IMG/VR virus record: IMGVR_UViG_3300005747_000076 | Coordinates: 1-62,095 of that record | Reading direction: 5' to 3' (one strand) | Source: a virus | Taxonomy: Duplodnaviria > Caudoviricetes | DNA length: 62,095 nt | In this document: in pieces, positions 17,660-27,814 of the stretch | Layout: each line of letters starts with the position of its first letter | Numbering within the stretch: the first letter of the stretch is position 1 | Translations under genes and position numbers: made by a program | The notes under the pieces: model-generated | Told to the model about the DNA's origin: nothing | The model's database searches: none | Seen by the model: the letters and a program-made list of their open reading frames with translations, nothing else

Positions 17660-17944
17660 TTAACAGGCACATCCTTCATCTTCACAGTCAGGATCTTCAC
17701 AAGCTTCTGGCTCCATATCCATTTCTTCTGGCATCATTTCGCCTCCTTCTTCTGGCATTTCCATATCCATTTCCATACCAGCTTCAGGCATTGCCTCTTC
17801 ACCAGCCATTTCTTCACAGCCTTCTTCCTGCTCCATAACACATTCAATGCCTGCAACAGGATCTTCTTCTTTTTCTTTCTTTTTACCTTCACATGCAACA
17901 AACAATGATAAAGATAACAATAAAACGGTTAATAGTCTAAACAT
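17660..17944 (-). CDS. Acidic low-complexity lipoprotein
   Basis: Signal peptide ending LFVAC; E/M/G-rich body; Cys-rich tail. Confidence 0.8.
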   Translation of the reverse strand: MFRLLTVLLLSLSLFVACEGKKKEKEEDPVAGIECVMEQEEGCEEMAGEEAMPEAGMEMDMEMPEEGGEMMPEEMDMEPEACEDPDCEDEGCAC

Positions 17945-18013
17945 AACAATTCCCTTTCTAATTTTAGTATTCTGTTATATGACGTATATTATATATGATT
18001 TTTACAAAGATTT

Positions 18014-18514
18014 TTAATCATTATTTTCTTTAGGCAACCAATTTTTAATATCTGTATGTAATTCAACCTCGTCAGGAGTTTGGCGCCTTATAATTTCTTT
18101 ATCTTTGAATATAGATAATTCAGTAATCATTGCTAACTGAAGATCACTTATTTGGTCTCTTAATATTTGTAATTGAATTTGACTATCACGCAATCTACTA
18201 ATTAATGCTTGCCTATCAGCATTTGCAACTGCTAATTTTTCCTTTAGTTCTTCTATTTCTGCAGGATCTCTGCCTGCTGCAATTGCTATCATACTGCCTA
18301 TTGACCCTGTTATAGTTCCTAAAACACCTACAACTATATCTCTATTATCAGGATTTATAGGGACAAATGCTAGAAATAAAATCATTAATATAACAAATCC
18401 AAGAAAAACTACTGAAAATACCCATCCTTTACGTGCTTTTTCACTTTGAGTAAATTCTTTTACTTTCTTTTTTACTTCTTCTTTTTCTTTCTGTTGATTA
18501 CTTGGGTCATTCAT
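18014..18514 (-). CDS. Two-TM membrane protein with C-terminal coiled coil
   Basis: Two hydrophobic helices then heptads; ATGA-coupled to the cyclase. Confidence 0.8.
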   Translation of the reverse strand: MNDPSNQQKEKEEVKKKVKEFTQSEKARKGWVFSVVFLGFVILMILFLAFVPINPDNRDIVVGVLGTITGSIGSMIAIAAGRDPAEIEELKEKLAVANADRQALISRLRDSQIQLQILRDQISDLQLAMITELSIFKDKEIIRRQTPDEVELHTDIKNWLPKENND

Positions 18515-19383
18515 TTCTTTAAATCCTCTATAGTAATTTTAATAATATGTTTAACAAAATCAAATATAACATCAATCCATTCAAAAGGTCTAAGAATTAA
18601 ATAATCTATATTCCAACTTTGTTTTGCATAAGGATCACTTAACAGAGGCCATAATATCCAAAGCCAAGCAAACATTACAATAAATCCAATACGCCAGAAA
18701 AAATATTCAACTATTTCAATAATTCTTTTATTTCTTAACCTTACTCTTACTTTTCCTTTTCCACCAATCCTTTTACTTTTCTCGCTATCAGGCGGAGGCT
18801 GTAGTTGTGCTTCAATCAATCCCATTGCATAAACTTGTTCAGGCTCTGAAACACCTTTGAATTTATATAATCCAACAAATACACTTAATGCATTTTTAGG
18901 AATGTGTATATTTCTTTTCTTTCTTTCTTTAAATTTCATCATTGCAGAATGTGATAGTAATATTTGTTCTTCTGCACATAATGACATAATACGCGCAGCA
19001 ATGTTTTTTCCTAATCCATCAATATTAATACGCTTCGCACCGCCTGAAACTAAACTTTCTGCAGTTTTAGTTATAGTCATTTTATCCCAGTGTATACCTA
19101 TTCTGCTCCTGAAAGGAAATTTATGAACTCTTAAATATTTCTTATAGGCAAATGCAAATGCAACAGCGTCATGCACTGTTCCAAAATACATTAAAGTTCC
19201 ATCACTTGCGTCAATCCATTGTCCATTATGTTTAGTAATTAATGACATTACAACTTTATCATGTGTGCTAAACCATTTTGCCGCTGTTCTAGATCCGTGT
19301 TTTTGCACAAACTTCGTGCTCCCAATAATGTCTGTTATGACTATTGCTATCCAGTCATCAACCATTTCTTGTGGCATCCCCAT
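18511..19383 (-). CDS. Class III nucleotide cyclase with C-terminal TM helix
   Basis: AIVITDIIGST, SDG, RIGIH, NIAARIMS, QILLS, FKGVSEP. Confidence 0.92.
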   Translation of the reverse strand: MGMPQEMVDDWIAIVITDIIGSTKFVQKHGSRTAAKWFSTHDKVVMSLITKHNGQWIDASDGTLMYFGTVHDAVAFAFAYKKYLRVHKFPFRSRIGIHWDKMTITKTAESLVSGGAKRINIDGLGKNIAARIMSLCAEEQILLSHSAMMKFKERKKRNIHIPKNALSVFVGLYKFKGVSEPEQVYAMGLIEAQLQPPPDSEKSKRIGGKGKVRVRLRNKRIIEIVEYFFWRIGFIVMFAWLWILWPLLSDPYAKQSWNIDYLILRPFEWIDVIFDFVKHIIKITIEDLKK

Positions 19384-19395
19384 ATTATTTTTCCT

Positions 19396-19677
19396 TTATG
19401 TAGGTTTAATATGTATCGTGCATTTACAGTGTTTAGCAATATTTAAACACATTGGACAAGGGCAATTATCTGTAGGCCATTTACATTCTGTTGCTAATAT
19501 ATTACATGGACACTTTTGAATTGTGCAAATACAATCAACTTTTCCACATAATGCACATACTGTTGGGTCATCCCAATTAGTATTTTCAGGAGACCAATCA
19601 TATAAAGTTTTACTCGGGTCAAACGAAGGAGGATTAACTTGTTGTGGGGGAATTAAATGTTTATTTTTTCTTTTCAA
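19396..19677 (-). CDS. Cys-rich metallothionein-like protein
   Basis: 12 Cys in about 50 residues; GAGGAG RBS before a TTG start. Confidence 0.75.
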   Translation of the reverse strand: MKRKNKHLIPPQQVNPPSFDPSKTLYDWSPENTNWDDPTVCALCGKVDCICTIQKCPCNILATECKWPTDNCPCPMCLNIAKHCKCTIHIKPT

Positions 19678-19725
19678 GTGAAATCTCCTCAGTTTCTATT
19701 AATTCATTTAAGTCTTCACCCTCAC

Positions 19726-20025
19726 TTACTTTTTTTTTAATTCATCCAGCTCTTTTTTAAGCTTTTGATCTTCTCTATCAAATATCTCCACGGCTGAATG
19801 TAAATATTTATCCAAACTTGATTGCCCAATGACATACCCAATTGTAAGTGCTGAAGATGATACGACCATAGCAAGTAATATTGACATTTCATATAAATCA
19901 ATTGTGCCAATATGTGTTATAAGCCAGCCCATCAAGCCTTTTGTAGTAAGTTCAGCTATTAGATAAGCCAAAAACTTTTTACTTTGCATAGGCTTACTGC
20001 CATCTGCTGTTGGTTTGTTTGTCAT
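19726..20025 (-). CDS. Putative holin
   Basis: SKKFLAYLIA start, two TM segments, charged C-terminus, at the end of the tail operon. Confidence 0.6.
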   Translation of the reverse strand: MTNKPTADGSKPMQSKKFLAYLIAELTTKGLMGWLITHIGTIDLYEMSILLAMVVSSSALTIGYVIGQSSLDKYLHSAVEIFDREDQKLKKELDELKKK

Positions 20026-21932
20026 AATAAATTCCTTTGTGGTTCAACATAAATTTCTTCTGCAGGTGCAATTTGTGGATTAAAATAAGTTCCAAAAACG
20101 CTATTACAACGTTGATATAAATAAATTTTATCATCTATGTTTGCTGCTAGCATTTCCATAAAATTAAATCCTCTATTAGTATCATTACTAACATCTTCTT
20201 CGCCATTTAATGCACTAATAAACATATCAAATTGTATAAAGTTTCTATCAATAAAACTATCAATACCTTTAAAGCATGTTCTTTCAAATCTTATATGGAA
20301 TTTTCCGTCTTGATCTCTAAAAATAATCCAAGGTAATATTTCAATTTCTACATCATTTACATTTGAGTTTTCAAATAATTCTGCAGTTTCTTCATCCATT
20401 CCGTTCCAGTATGTGCATCCATAACTATCTAACTGATAATTTCCGTTTCCGTTATTATCAATAAATCTATTTTTAATGAAGTAGAATTTTTTATTTATTC
20501 TGCATAATCTTTGAACATGTGAACAATTTAAACTATTGTTTCCGTAATCATAAATTACACCAACATTAGGCTGATAAGATGTATCATTATATGCTAATCC
20601 AACTGCCCACCTATCAGCTGCTCCTAACTCATTAGGGAAAACTCTAAATTCAACATCATTTCCTTTAAGTCTTACAGGAAGATTTAGTTTTTTAAATATC
20701 TCATAAAAATATTCAAATATAACACGTGTTAATTCTCTTTCACCGTATTCAATTCTGTTAAATGCTCTTTCCCACTGTGTTTGACTAACTAATTCAGGTT
20801 TTACAAAGCCAGTATTTAATAGTTTGTAAAAATTCTCAATAACTGAAAAATCAAAATGGTCTGTATGCAGTCGTGTTCCTTTATATATAATAGGATTTTC
20901 AATACTATCAGTTAAAACAGCGTCTTCATGCGGAGGAATTTGATCATCACCTGCATAGATTTTTGGATTTTCTAAATCATGTTGCCTAGGACCTTTTCCA
21001 CTAGTTCTTACAAGTTTTTTAAGTCCAGTTAAGAAATGAATATTCCTATCAGTTCCTCTACCAACTGCTTCATATTCATATTCACCATTTCCTATTATAA
21101 TTCTGCCTCCAGCTGGATTTAAACCTAATGAAGTTTCAATATAAAGTCTATCATCACCTTTATTCCAGTCTTGAGTAATAATTGTGTATGAGTTATTGTA
21201 AAGATTTTGTAAACCTTCACCTACTGCCTGTAGTAAATAACTCCAATTGCTATCTTGTCCTTTAATATAACCTTTACTTGCATCATATGCGTCAGTTCTT
21301 TCACCCGCATCCCAAAAGCTAGGTAAATTATGGCGCAAACTCATTGTTTTATCAAATCTTAATCTAGTTATAACTTCAAAATCTTCTAATTCAATAGGCT
21401 TATAAATTCCAAATCCATTAACTATAGGCTGAAGTTGTAATCTATAATTACCTTTTGGCATAACAGGAGTTGTAACTAATAATTCATCTTGCTGAGAATT
21501 TGTAAAACAACGATGTCTAAGATTAGGAATTGAAGATTGACCTAGGAAATATGTATCTGTTAATTCATCATTTTCGTCTAATAAAATAAATTTCAACTGA
21601 AATGGGCCTAATGGATTACCTGGAGTAGCATTATTTCCTGCTCTAGATATTAAATTTCTTATACTACTAAAATCTCCATGTATTCTTATTATTTCTCCAC
21701 CATTATCTGCTAATTTTTTGTAATTAGGAGGAATACCGGGAGGTGTTTCAATACTAATTGAAGGTTTTAAAAAAGGATCACCATGGCCAGTTTCTGCAAT
21801 ATTAATATAATCATTACTATTTACTGCCAATGGCCAAGGTGCACCAAAACCTGCGTCTCTCGGTGGAGCATCGCCACTAAATGTTGGTGAACCAAAACCT
21901 ATCTCGACGCCATTAAATCTTATTTCGGCCAT
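20022..21932 (-). CDS. Virion tail/baseplate protein
   Basis: 636 aa; position in the tail module. Confidence 0.6.
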   Translation of the reverse strand: MAEIRFNGVEIGFGSPTFSGDAPPRDAGFGAPWPLAVNSNDYINIAETGHGDPFLKPSISIETPPGIPPNYKKLADNGGEIIRIHGDFSSIRNLISRAGNNATPGNPLGPFQLKFILLDENDELTDTYFLGQSSIPNLRHRCFTNSQQDELLVTTPVMPKGNYRLQLQPIVNGFGIYKPIELEDFEVITRLRFDKTMSLRHNLPSFWDAGERTDAYDASKGYIKGQDSNWSYLLQAVGEGLQNLYNNSYTIITQDWNKGDDRLYIETSLGLNPAGGRIIIGNGEYEYEAVGRGTDRNIHFLTGLKKLVRTSGKGPRQHDLENPKIYAGDDQIPPHEDAVLTDSIENPIIYKGTRLHTDHFDFSVIENFYKLLNTGFVKPELVSQTQWERAFNRIEYGERELTRVIFEYFYEIFKKLNLPVRLKGNDVEFRVFPNELGAADRWAVGLAYNDTSYQPNVGVIYDYGNNSLNCSHVQRLCRINKKFYFIKNRFIDNNGNGNYQLDSYGCTYWNGMDEETAELFENSNVNDVEIEILPWIIFRDQDGKFHIRFERTCFKGIDSFIDRNFIQFDMFISALNGEEDVSNDTNRGFNFMEMLAANIDDKIYLYQRCNSVFGTYFNPQIAPAEEIYVEPQRNLL

Positions 21933-22040
21933 TTACAATCTCCTGTTTTAATTCTGTTTAATTTGTTTGATGTCTTTATATATATACTCCAATTTACTGC
22001 AAAGATTAATCTGGAGTATATTCTCGTTATTGATATGATA

Positions 22041-24497
22041 TTAAGCGTGTAGCTTTTCACAATCAAATGAAATAACTATTCTTCTATCGTCTCTATTCAA
22101 AGCAGGAATATCTGTGCAAACTATTCCTAAGTATTCTCCAGCTAAAAGCGAAGTTGTTGTATATTGTGAAGATTGAGCTTGGCCAATAACATTATCTACT
22201 CCTGATGAGTTTGTTATTGTAAATGCACTTCCTACCTGCGTCCAAGTATTTGAAAGAGCATTAGCATCACTAGTTGCTTTAACAAGACTGAAAGATAATG
22301 TTAGGTTTCTCATTTCACCAACATGAATATGTGTTGCCTTCAAATCAATAGTTGTTCCTGTATTGTTTTTAATCCAATACATACAAGCTTGTTGATTGCC
22401 AGAGAATATTAAGTTTCCACTTACATCAAAGCTTCCCTCTTCAGTAACTTCTCTAGAAACGTGTGTTGAATAAACAATTCTTTCTTTAACAGCTTCAAAC
22501 TCAACTTCAACATCTCTACCTGAAACAACAGTTGTTCTTAGAAAGTCTCCAACAGATGGAGCGCTTACCATTGCAGGAAGTTTGATTGAGTTGTTATTAG
22601 AAAGTTTTGCACTGTTTGATAAAATCTTTTGTGTTGCAATAGCTCCTGCACCTGCCTTAAATTCCAATGAAGCTTCACCACCACTTGCAACGCTTTCAAT
22701 AATAACATTATCTGTTAAATTTCTAATGCTACCTGAAACTACACCGTTTTCACCTGCAGTAAACAATAAACTTCCAGCAGCTCCATCATCATTTATAAAC
22801 GCATAATCCTGCATTATTTGCTGGCCAGCAACTGTTAAATCACCTTCAACTCTTACGTCATCATAGAATTGACCATCATAAGCATAAATCTTCCTAACAC
22901 GATTTGTTGAAGTTCCAACATCATAAGCATTAGTTGTAACTGGGATTAAATGTGATGATGTATTAACTTGCCAGTTTGCTGCAACAAATCCACCACTTCC
23001 ATCTGCCAATTGTATATCTCTAACATCTCCAACTGAAGAAGCGCCTGCATTAGCTTGAACTAAATCATTAATAGCAGCTGCAGTCATAATAGAAGTATCG
23101 CTATCAGCAAAAACATCAGCTGAAGTTATTAAAGCAGTTGAGTCAATGTGTGTAGTATTAATATCACTTGCCACGAGTGTAACAGATCCTGCAGTTCCTC
23201 CGCCAGAAAGTCCACTTCCAGCAATAACTGCTGTTATATCACCTTCACCTGCAGTTAATGTTTCTGTTACCCAATTTGTTCCATCCCATTTAACAAATCC
23301 GTTTGTAATTAATGTAGTATTATCAACTGAAACTAGATCTTTAGTTATTCCTCCATCTGCAACTCTCATTACACCGCCAGCGCCCATAGAAATTACACCG
23401 TTTTCCATATCAATACTATCAGCTGAAACATATAATTCATTCCAACGTCTGTCAGGATGTCCTAAATTAATTCCTTTATTTGATACAGGTGAGAATGCAA
23501 AAATACCACCAACTTGTAATTCTTCATCAGTCCATTCATAACCCATTTGAGCAAATTGATTAGAACCTTTTTGCCAGTTAATTATACCAACTGTGTCTAT
23601 CTCTTCGCTTGGAGTAAATGCTTCATCCTTAATATTTAATGTAATACCATTAGTAAACCTATAATGATGATATGGTTCCCATATTTCATTTATTCCATCC
23701 CATCTTAATCTGTCGTCGTCTTCTGGGTCTCGTGTATAAGAAACATCACTTAAAACTGAAACGCTTTCTCTTTTCATTTTAATTAATGCTCTATCTTCAA
23801 CAGCTTTAGCTAATTCATTTGTTCCGCCAACATCTATACCTGGTATACCTAATGTTAGGCTATCATTAATAGCATCTGTAAGAAAATCTGGTCTTATAAC
23901 ATACTGAGGAACATTACCTAATGCTAAATCACCTACTCCGAACGTCGCAGTATCATAATATCTACCTTCTGCAATGTCTTTAATAGATGCTAACTGAACC
24001 ATACCACTTACTCGTGTTGTTCTATCAGGCTCATCATCTTTATTTGCAAATGGGACAGAAGCAGAGCTTTCAATTGTATGATTTGATAACCAATCAACAA
24101 CTTCCCAATATTCATCTTGCCAGTTTCTTTGGCTTCTAGCAGGTTTTTTTAGGCTTGTTCTAGCATGTGAAACTACAATATCACAAAAATGTGAATTAGG
24201 TGCCTGAAGTGGATCTTCTTCACTGCTTTCACCTGTATCTGGATTAGTTGCGATACAGAATAGACGAACTGTTCCCCATGTATCAATAATGCCTGAACAT
24301 ACTCTGTTAGTAGGGTCTTCAATAGCATAAGTGCTGCCTGGAGGATTATCTATAATAGTCCAACTATAATTAAAATCATTTACGGATCTTGTAGGCTCCG
24401 AACTATCTGCCGCAGCAGCTGTAATACTTACGGGCTGAGGTAAATCTACCTGGCTTATCCCGAAGTTATTTGAACTCATTGTTAGTGTAATTGCCAT
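22041..24497 (-). CDS. Tail fibre or receptor-binding protein
   Basis: Ig-like N-terminus and fibre motifs (LRWDGINEIWEP, GDITAVIAGSGLSGGG, INLGHPDRRWNELYV). Confidence 0.75.
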   Translation of the reverse strand: MAITLTMSSNNFGISQVDLPQPVSITAAAADSSEPTRSVNDFNYSWTIIDNPPGSTYAIEDPTNRVCSGIIDTWGTVRLFCIATNPDTGESSEEDPLQAPNSHFCDIVVSHARTSLKKPARSQRNWQDEYWEVVDWLSNHTIESSASVPFANKDDEPDRTTRVSGMVQLASIKDIAEGRYYDTATFGVGDLALGNVPQYVIRPDFLTDAINDSLTLGIPGIDVGGTNELAKAVEDRALIKMKRESVSVLSDVSYTRDPEDDDRLRWDGINEIWEPYHHYRFTNGITLNIKDEAFTPSEEIDTVGIINWQKGSNQFAQMGYEWTDEELQVGGIFAFSPVSNKGINLGHPDRRWNELYVSADSIDMENGVISMGAGGVMRVADGGITKDLVSVDNTTLITNGFVKWDGTNWVTETLTAGEGDITAVIAGSGLSGGGTAGSVTLVASDINTTHIDSTALITSADVFADSDTSIMTAAAINDLVQANAGASSVGDVRDIQLADGSGGFVAANWQVNTSSHLIPVTTNAYDVGTSTNRVRKIYAYDGQFYDDVRVEGDLTVAGQQIMQDYAFINDDGAAGSLLFTAGENGVVSGSIRNLTDNVIIESVASGGEASLEFKAGAGAIATQKILSNSAKLSNNNSIKLPAMVSAPSVGDFLRTTVVSGRDVEVEFEAVKERIVYSTHVSREVTEEGSFDVSGNLIFSGNQQACMYWIKNNTGTTIDLKATHIHVGEMRNLTLSFSLVKATSDANALSNTWTQVGSAFTITNSSGVDNVIGQAQSSQYTTTSLLAGEYLGIVCTDIPALNRDDRRIVISFDCEKLHA

Positions 24498-24511
24498 TTG
24501 TGTATGTCTCC

Positions 24512-26308
24512 TTAATTAATCACGTTATTATTTCTTAGAGTAAGAGAAATTTTAAATCCTGTAGGAACTGAATTAATACTAGTAGCAATGCTGTTTAATA
24601 CCGTATTAGGGCCTAATACAAATCTCATTCCATATCCTGCAGTTTTTCCTCCTGTGCTGTTAGTCCAGTTAATAGATTTAACTTGAATTAATCCTTCACT
24701 TCCAGGAGCAGTTTGCCAAGATCCTTCATTTCCTTCTAATAAATTGTCTCCATCTAGCATCATAAATCCTGATATTGTATTTTGGACGCCACCAACATTA
24801 TCTAGAATTGGTCCTGAATTAGGATGGAAACTTGTAATAGGCATTAGATTTAAATCAACAATATGCCAGTTAGCATACTCTGAAGGTATTTTAACAATTA
24901 AATTTCTCATCCAAGAAGTTTGTGCTTGTGCGCTAGTAATTGCTGTTCCTGAAGTATTAACTAATGCACCTGTTATTGAAGATGCTGATGCATCACCTAA
25001 AGTCATTTGTACGTCTTCACTTCCTGGTGCACTTACTCCTAAATATGATGTAAATGTATCATAAAAGTCAAATTCAAATGTAATTGGAATACTTCCGTTT
25101 GGTCCTGCTTGAACTGCTTTAACTACTGTTCTAGTAATACCATCAGGAAATGCATCTGTATCTGTTGTATATCTTTCAAATAAAACATCAACACTAGCAG
25201 TAATTGAAGTATTATGTTCATGAACGTCAATAAATCTTTTCAGGCCGCGCAGTGAGTAAGGAGGATGTTCATTAACTAATGAATTATTTACTGCTTTAGT
25301 AAGTCCTGTAGCAACACCAAAATTATCAATAATAGAAACGTTTTCATTTAAATCACCCAAATCTGTTGTAGTTGGGTCTTCTGTTCCATTACATTGAATT
25401 CTATTAATAAGACGCTGAATATACTTAAATGCCAATCTCATATCATGCAGTGTATTTGCGCCTGAATTTGTATGTCTTAATGTTTCAGGTGATGTAATTG
25501 CATTAGGAAGTCTTAAAGCATTAGGTGTCGCATTATCACCTACTAAGCTAGCTCCATCAAAATAATCCATACCTGAAATCATTTGACCCCAAACTAAGTT
25601 TGAAACGAATGATGCGAGTGTAAACCATTGTTCAACAGGATTAAGAACAAAGTTTCCGCCACCTGCATCAGTTCTTACATTGTCTTCAATTCTTCCAAAC
25701 TCATATTTACCTAGTAATGTTGGATATTGCCCACTATCATTAGTTGTATTAATATGTTTTTCATATAATCCAGCAAATAATCTTAATCTGTTTGTATTTC
25801 TAACAGTAGTAACATTAGAAACTGTTGATGATGTTGCAATATCATAGAATTGCCTGCTTTCTCTTTCAGTATCATCAAGTAAATAAGCAAATATACCAAC
25901 ACCTGAATAAGTTGCTGTTAAATCATTTTGTCTTAAAGCATTAGGATCATCATCAACCTCAGATTGTAATGATGCTAAATCAATAACACCATAACCTAAA
26001 TCAATTTCTTCCTGAGTAAAGGTAATTAATTCACCAGTATTTCTTTCAATGACTGAAAACTCATCAAGGATGTTAAGTCTTGCTTCTGCTTGATCAATTC
26101 CTAATGTAACAATAGGACTTAATGGGCCGTGTGCTGCTGTTCTTCTTATGTTTAAGTCTTGCTGTGTAGCATTTGCAACTGAATATTGGCCACTTTTAAA
26201 AGTTTTTGACGTTAATTCATCAATAATATTATAAAGTAATTCTTGTAAGTCATTAGCATCAACAAGGTCTAATCTCTGTAGTGCGCTAAAGTTTATCTGT
26301 TTTTTCAT
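24512..26308 (-). CDS. Baseplate/tail protein
   Basis: Follows the baseplate J gene; 598 aa. Confidence 0.6.
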   Translation of the reverse strand: MKKQINFSALQRLDLVDANDLQELLYNIIDELTSKTFKSGQYSVANATQQDLNIRRTAAHGPLSPIVTLGIDQAEARLNILDEFSVIERNTGELITFTQEEIDLGYGVIDLASLQSEVDDDPNALRQNDLTATYSGVGIFAYLLDDTERESRQFYDIATSSTVSNVTTVRNTNRLRLFAGLYEKHINTTNDSGQYPTLLGKYEFGRIEDNVRTDAGGGNFVLNPVEQWFTLASFVSNLVWGQMISGMDYFDGASLVGDNATPNALRLPNAITSPETLRHTNSGANTLHDMRLAFKYIQRLINRIQCNGTEDPTTTDLGDLNENVSIIDNFGVATGLTKAVNNSLVNEHPPYSLRGLKRFIDVHEHNTSITASVDVLFERYTTDTDAFPDGITRTVVKAVQAGPNGSIPITFEFDFYDTFTSYLGVSAPGSEDVQMTLGDASASSITGALVNTSGTAITSAQAQTSWMRNLIVKIPSEYANWHIVDLNLMPITSFHPNSGPILDNVGGVQNTISGFMMLDGDNLLEGNEGSWQTAPGSEGLIQVKSINWTNSTGGKTAGYGMRFVLGPNTVLNSIATSINSVPTGFKISLTLRNNNVIN

Positions 26309-26320
26309 CTGTTATCTCCG

Positions 26321-27754
26321 TTAAATTAAGTTAATATCTATATCGTTTACGGTTGACCTAAAAACTGTCCTATTGTTTGGTGGATATCTATCATCCAATA
26401 ATGAACAAGCTCCCTCGGCCCCTCTCGCTAAAATATTTGCTGAAATAATTGGTTGTGTGTCTAATAATCTTCTAACCAATTGACTAGGTAGGAAAGGTTG
26501 ACCTGGTGCTAAATTATTTACAAATTCAACAGCTGCATCCCTTACGTCTCTTGATATAACATTAAAATCTGTATTAGGAGTTAACCTAATTGAAATATCA
26601 AATGTCAAAATTTGTTTATTAGGTGGAATAACTCTTACACGAGTTCCTGCAGCTCTCCATCCTCTTAATGTATTTCCTCTATTTACATTTCCTTCAATTT
26701 CTTCTTGGAGTTCTGCAATAAATCCTTTATAAACTGTATAAGGTAATAGAGTAACTGTATCACCCTCATCTAATGCACTATCTTCAAAAAATATAATGCC
26801 TCTTTCAGGTATTACTTTATATTCGTTTGCATAATTTCTTGCATTACCATTTACATCAACTTTTTCATTACCTGAACTATCTGTTATTATAAAGTCATCA
26901 CCGTATGTAAATGTAGATTTAACTGCAGGCCTTTCAAATGAAACAAAGTTTGCGCCTCCTTCAGGAACTCTAAAATTAACACCGTATCCACGTCCAAGAG
27001 ACCCATATTCACCGCTTCCATCATCAACAATTAATTCACAGTAGCCAGGTTGATTTGGGTCTTCATAAATTGCATTAAATGGGAAAGAAACATTATTACT
27101 ATCAATGAATGATGATGCCAAGAATTGTAAAGCAGAAGTTGATGTTCTACCCATTGAATTTAAATAACGTATTGCTCTGTCTCTTAAACTTTGATCACTT
27201 TCAACATCTAATCCATTAACTAATGGGCCTGTGTTTGTAACTGAAGATGCATATGGGACATTAACTATAGTTGTAATTGTGCCTGTATCTGCATTACCTA
27301 CAACACCTTGAGCATTACAAACTATTGAAACGTTTTCTGCTTCTATTTCACCAGCTAAAATAATCACATCTTCAACAATAACATATGTTGTTCCGTCTTC
27401 TGTTGATGAAACTAATGATCCTGCTGGAATTGTAATATCTTCTGTTGCTGCTACTGGGAGTGTAATCTTTAAAACAGATCCGCTCGCACTAGTCCCTCTT
27501 TTTCTTGCAATACCTATGGGTGGTAATTCAGCAACACGTGCATCTAAATCCGACCCACTAGCATTTTCTATAGCATAACTTTGTCGCAAGTTAAACATAC
27601 GACCTTCAGTATTACTTATTTCCGTTGCTATAGCATTAAGAATAGTAAATAAAGTTGAACCTACGTTAACATCGTTTAAGTCTGTTCTATTAACTACTTT
27701 ACTTAATAAGTCTCTTAAAACTGGCAATGGAAGACGCGGTGTAAATTGTGGCAT
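26321..27754 (-). CDS. Baseplate J-like wedge protein
   Basis: NASGSDLD, ITIPAGS, GVVGN, GLDVESDQSLRDR, RAAGTRV. Confidence 0.92.
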   Translation of the reverse strand: MPQFTPRLPLPVLRDLLSKVVNRTDLNDVNVGSTLFTILNAIATEISNTEGRMFNLRQSYAIENASGSDLDARVAELPPIGIARKRGTSASGSVLKITLPVAATEDITIPAGSLVSSTEDGTTYVIVEDVIILAGEIEAENVSIVCNAQGVVGNADTGTITTIVNVPYASSVTNTGPLVNGLDVESDQSLRDRAIRYLNSMGRTSTSALQFLASSFIDSNNVSFPFNAIYEDPNQPGYCELIVDDGSGEYGSLGRGYGVNFRVPEGGANFVSFERPAVKSTFTYGDDFIITDSSGNEKVDVNGNARNYANEYKVIPERGIIFFEDSALDEGDTVTLLPYTVYKGFIAELQEEIEGNVNRGNTLRGWRAAGTRVRVIPPNKQILTFDISIRLTPNTDFNVISRDVRDAAVEFVNNLAPGQPFLPSQLVRRLLDTQPIISANILARGAEGACSLLDDRYPPNNRTVFRSTVNDIDINLI

Positions 27755-27814
27755 ATCATCTCCTACTTTCTATTATTATATATCATTTATATTAGTTTTT
27801 TTCCTAAATTTTTA

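Noticed and set aside
18014-19383. Calling the cyclase plus 2-TM pair a Pycsar system
   Set aside because: The cyclase has its own TM helix and I cannot recognise a PycTM or cNMP-binding domain in the partner; kept as an analogy only.
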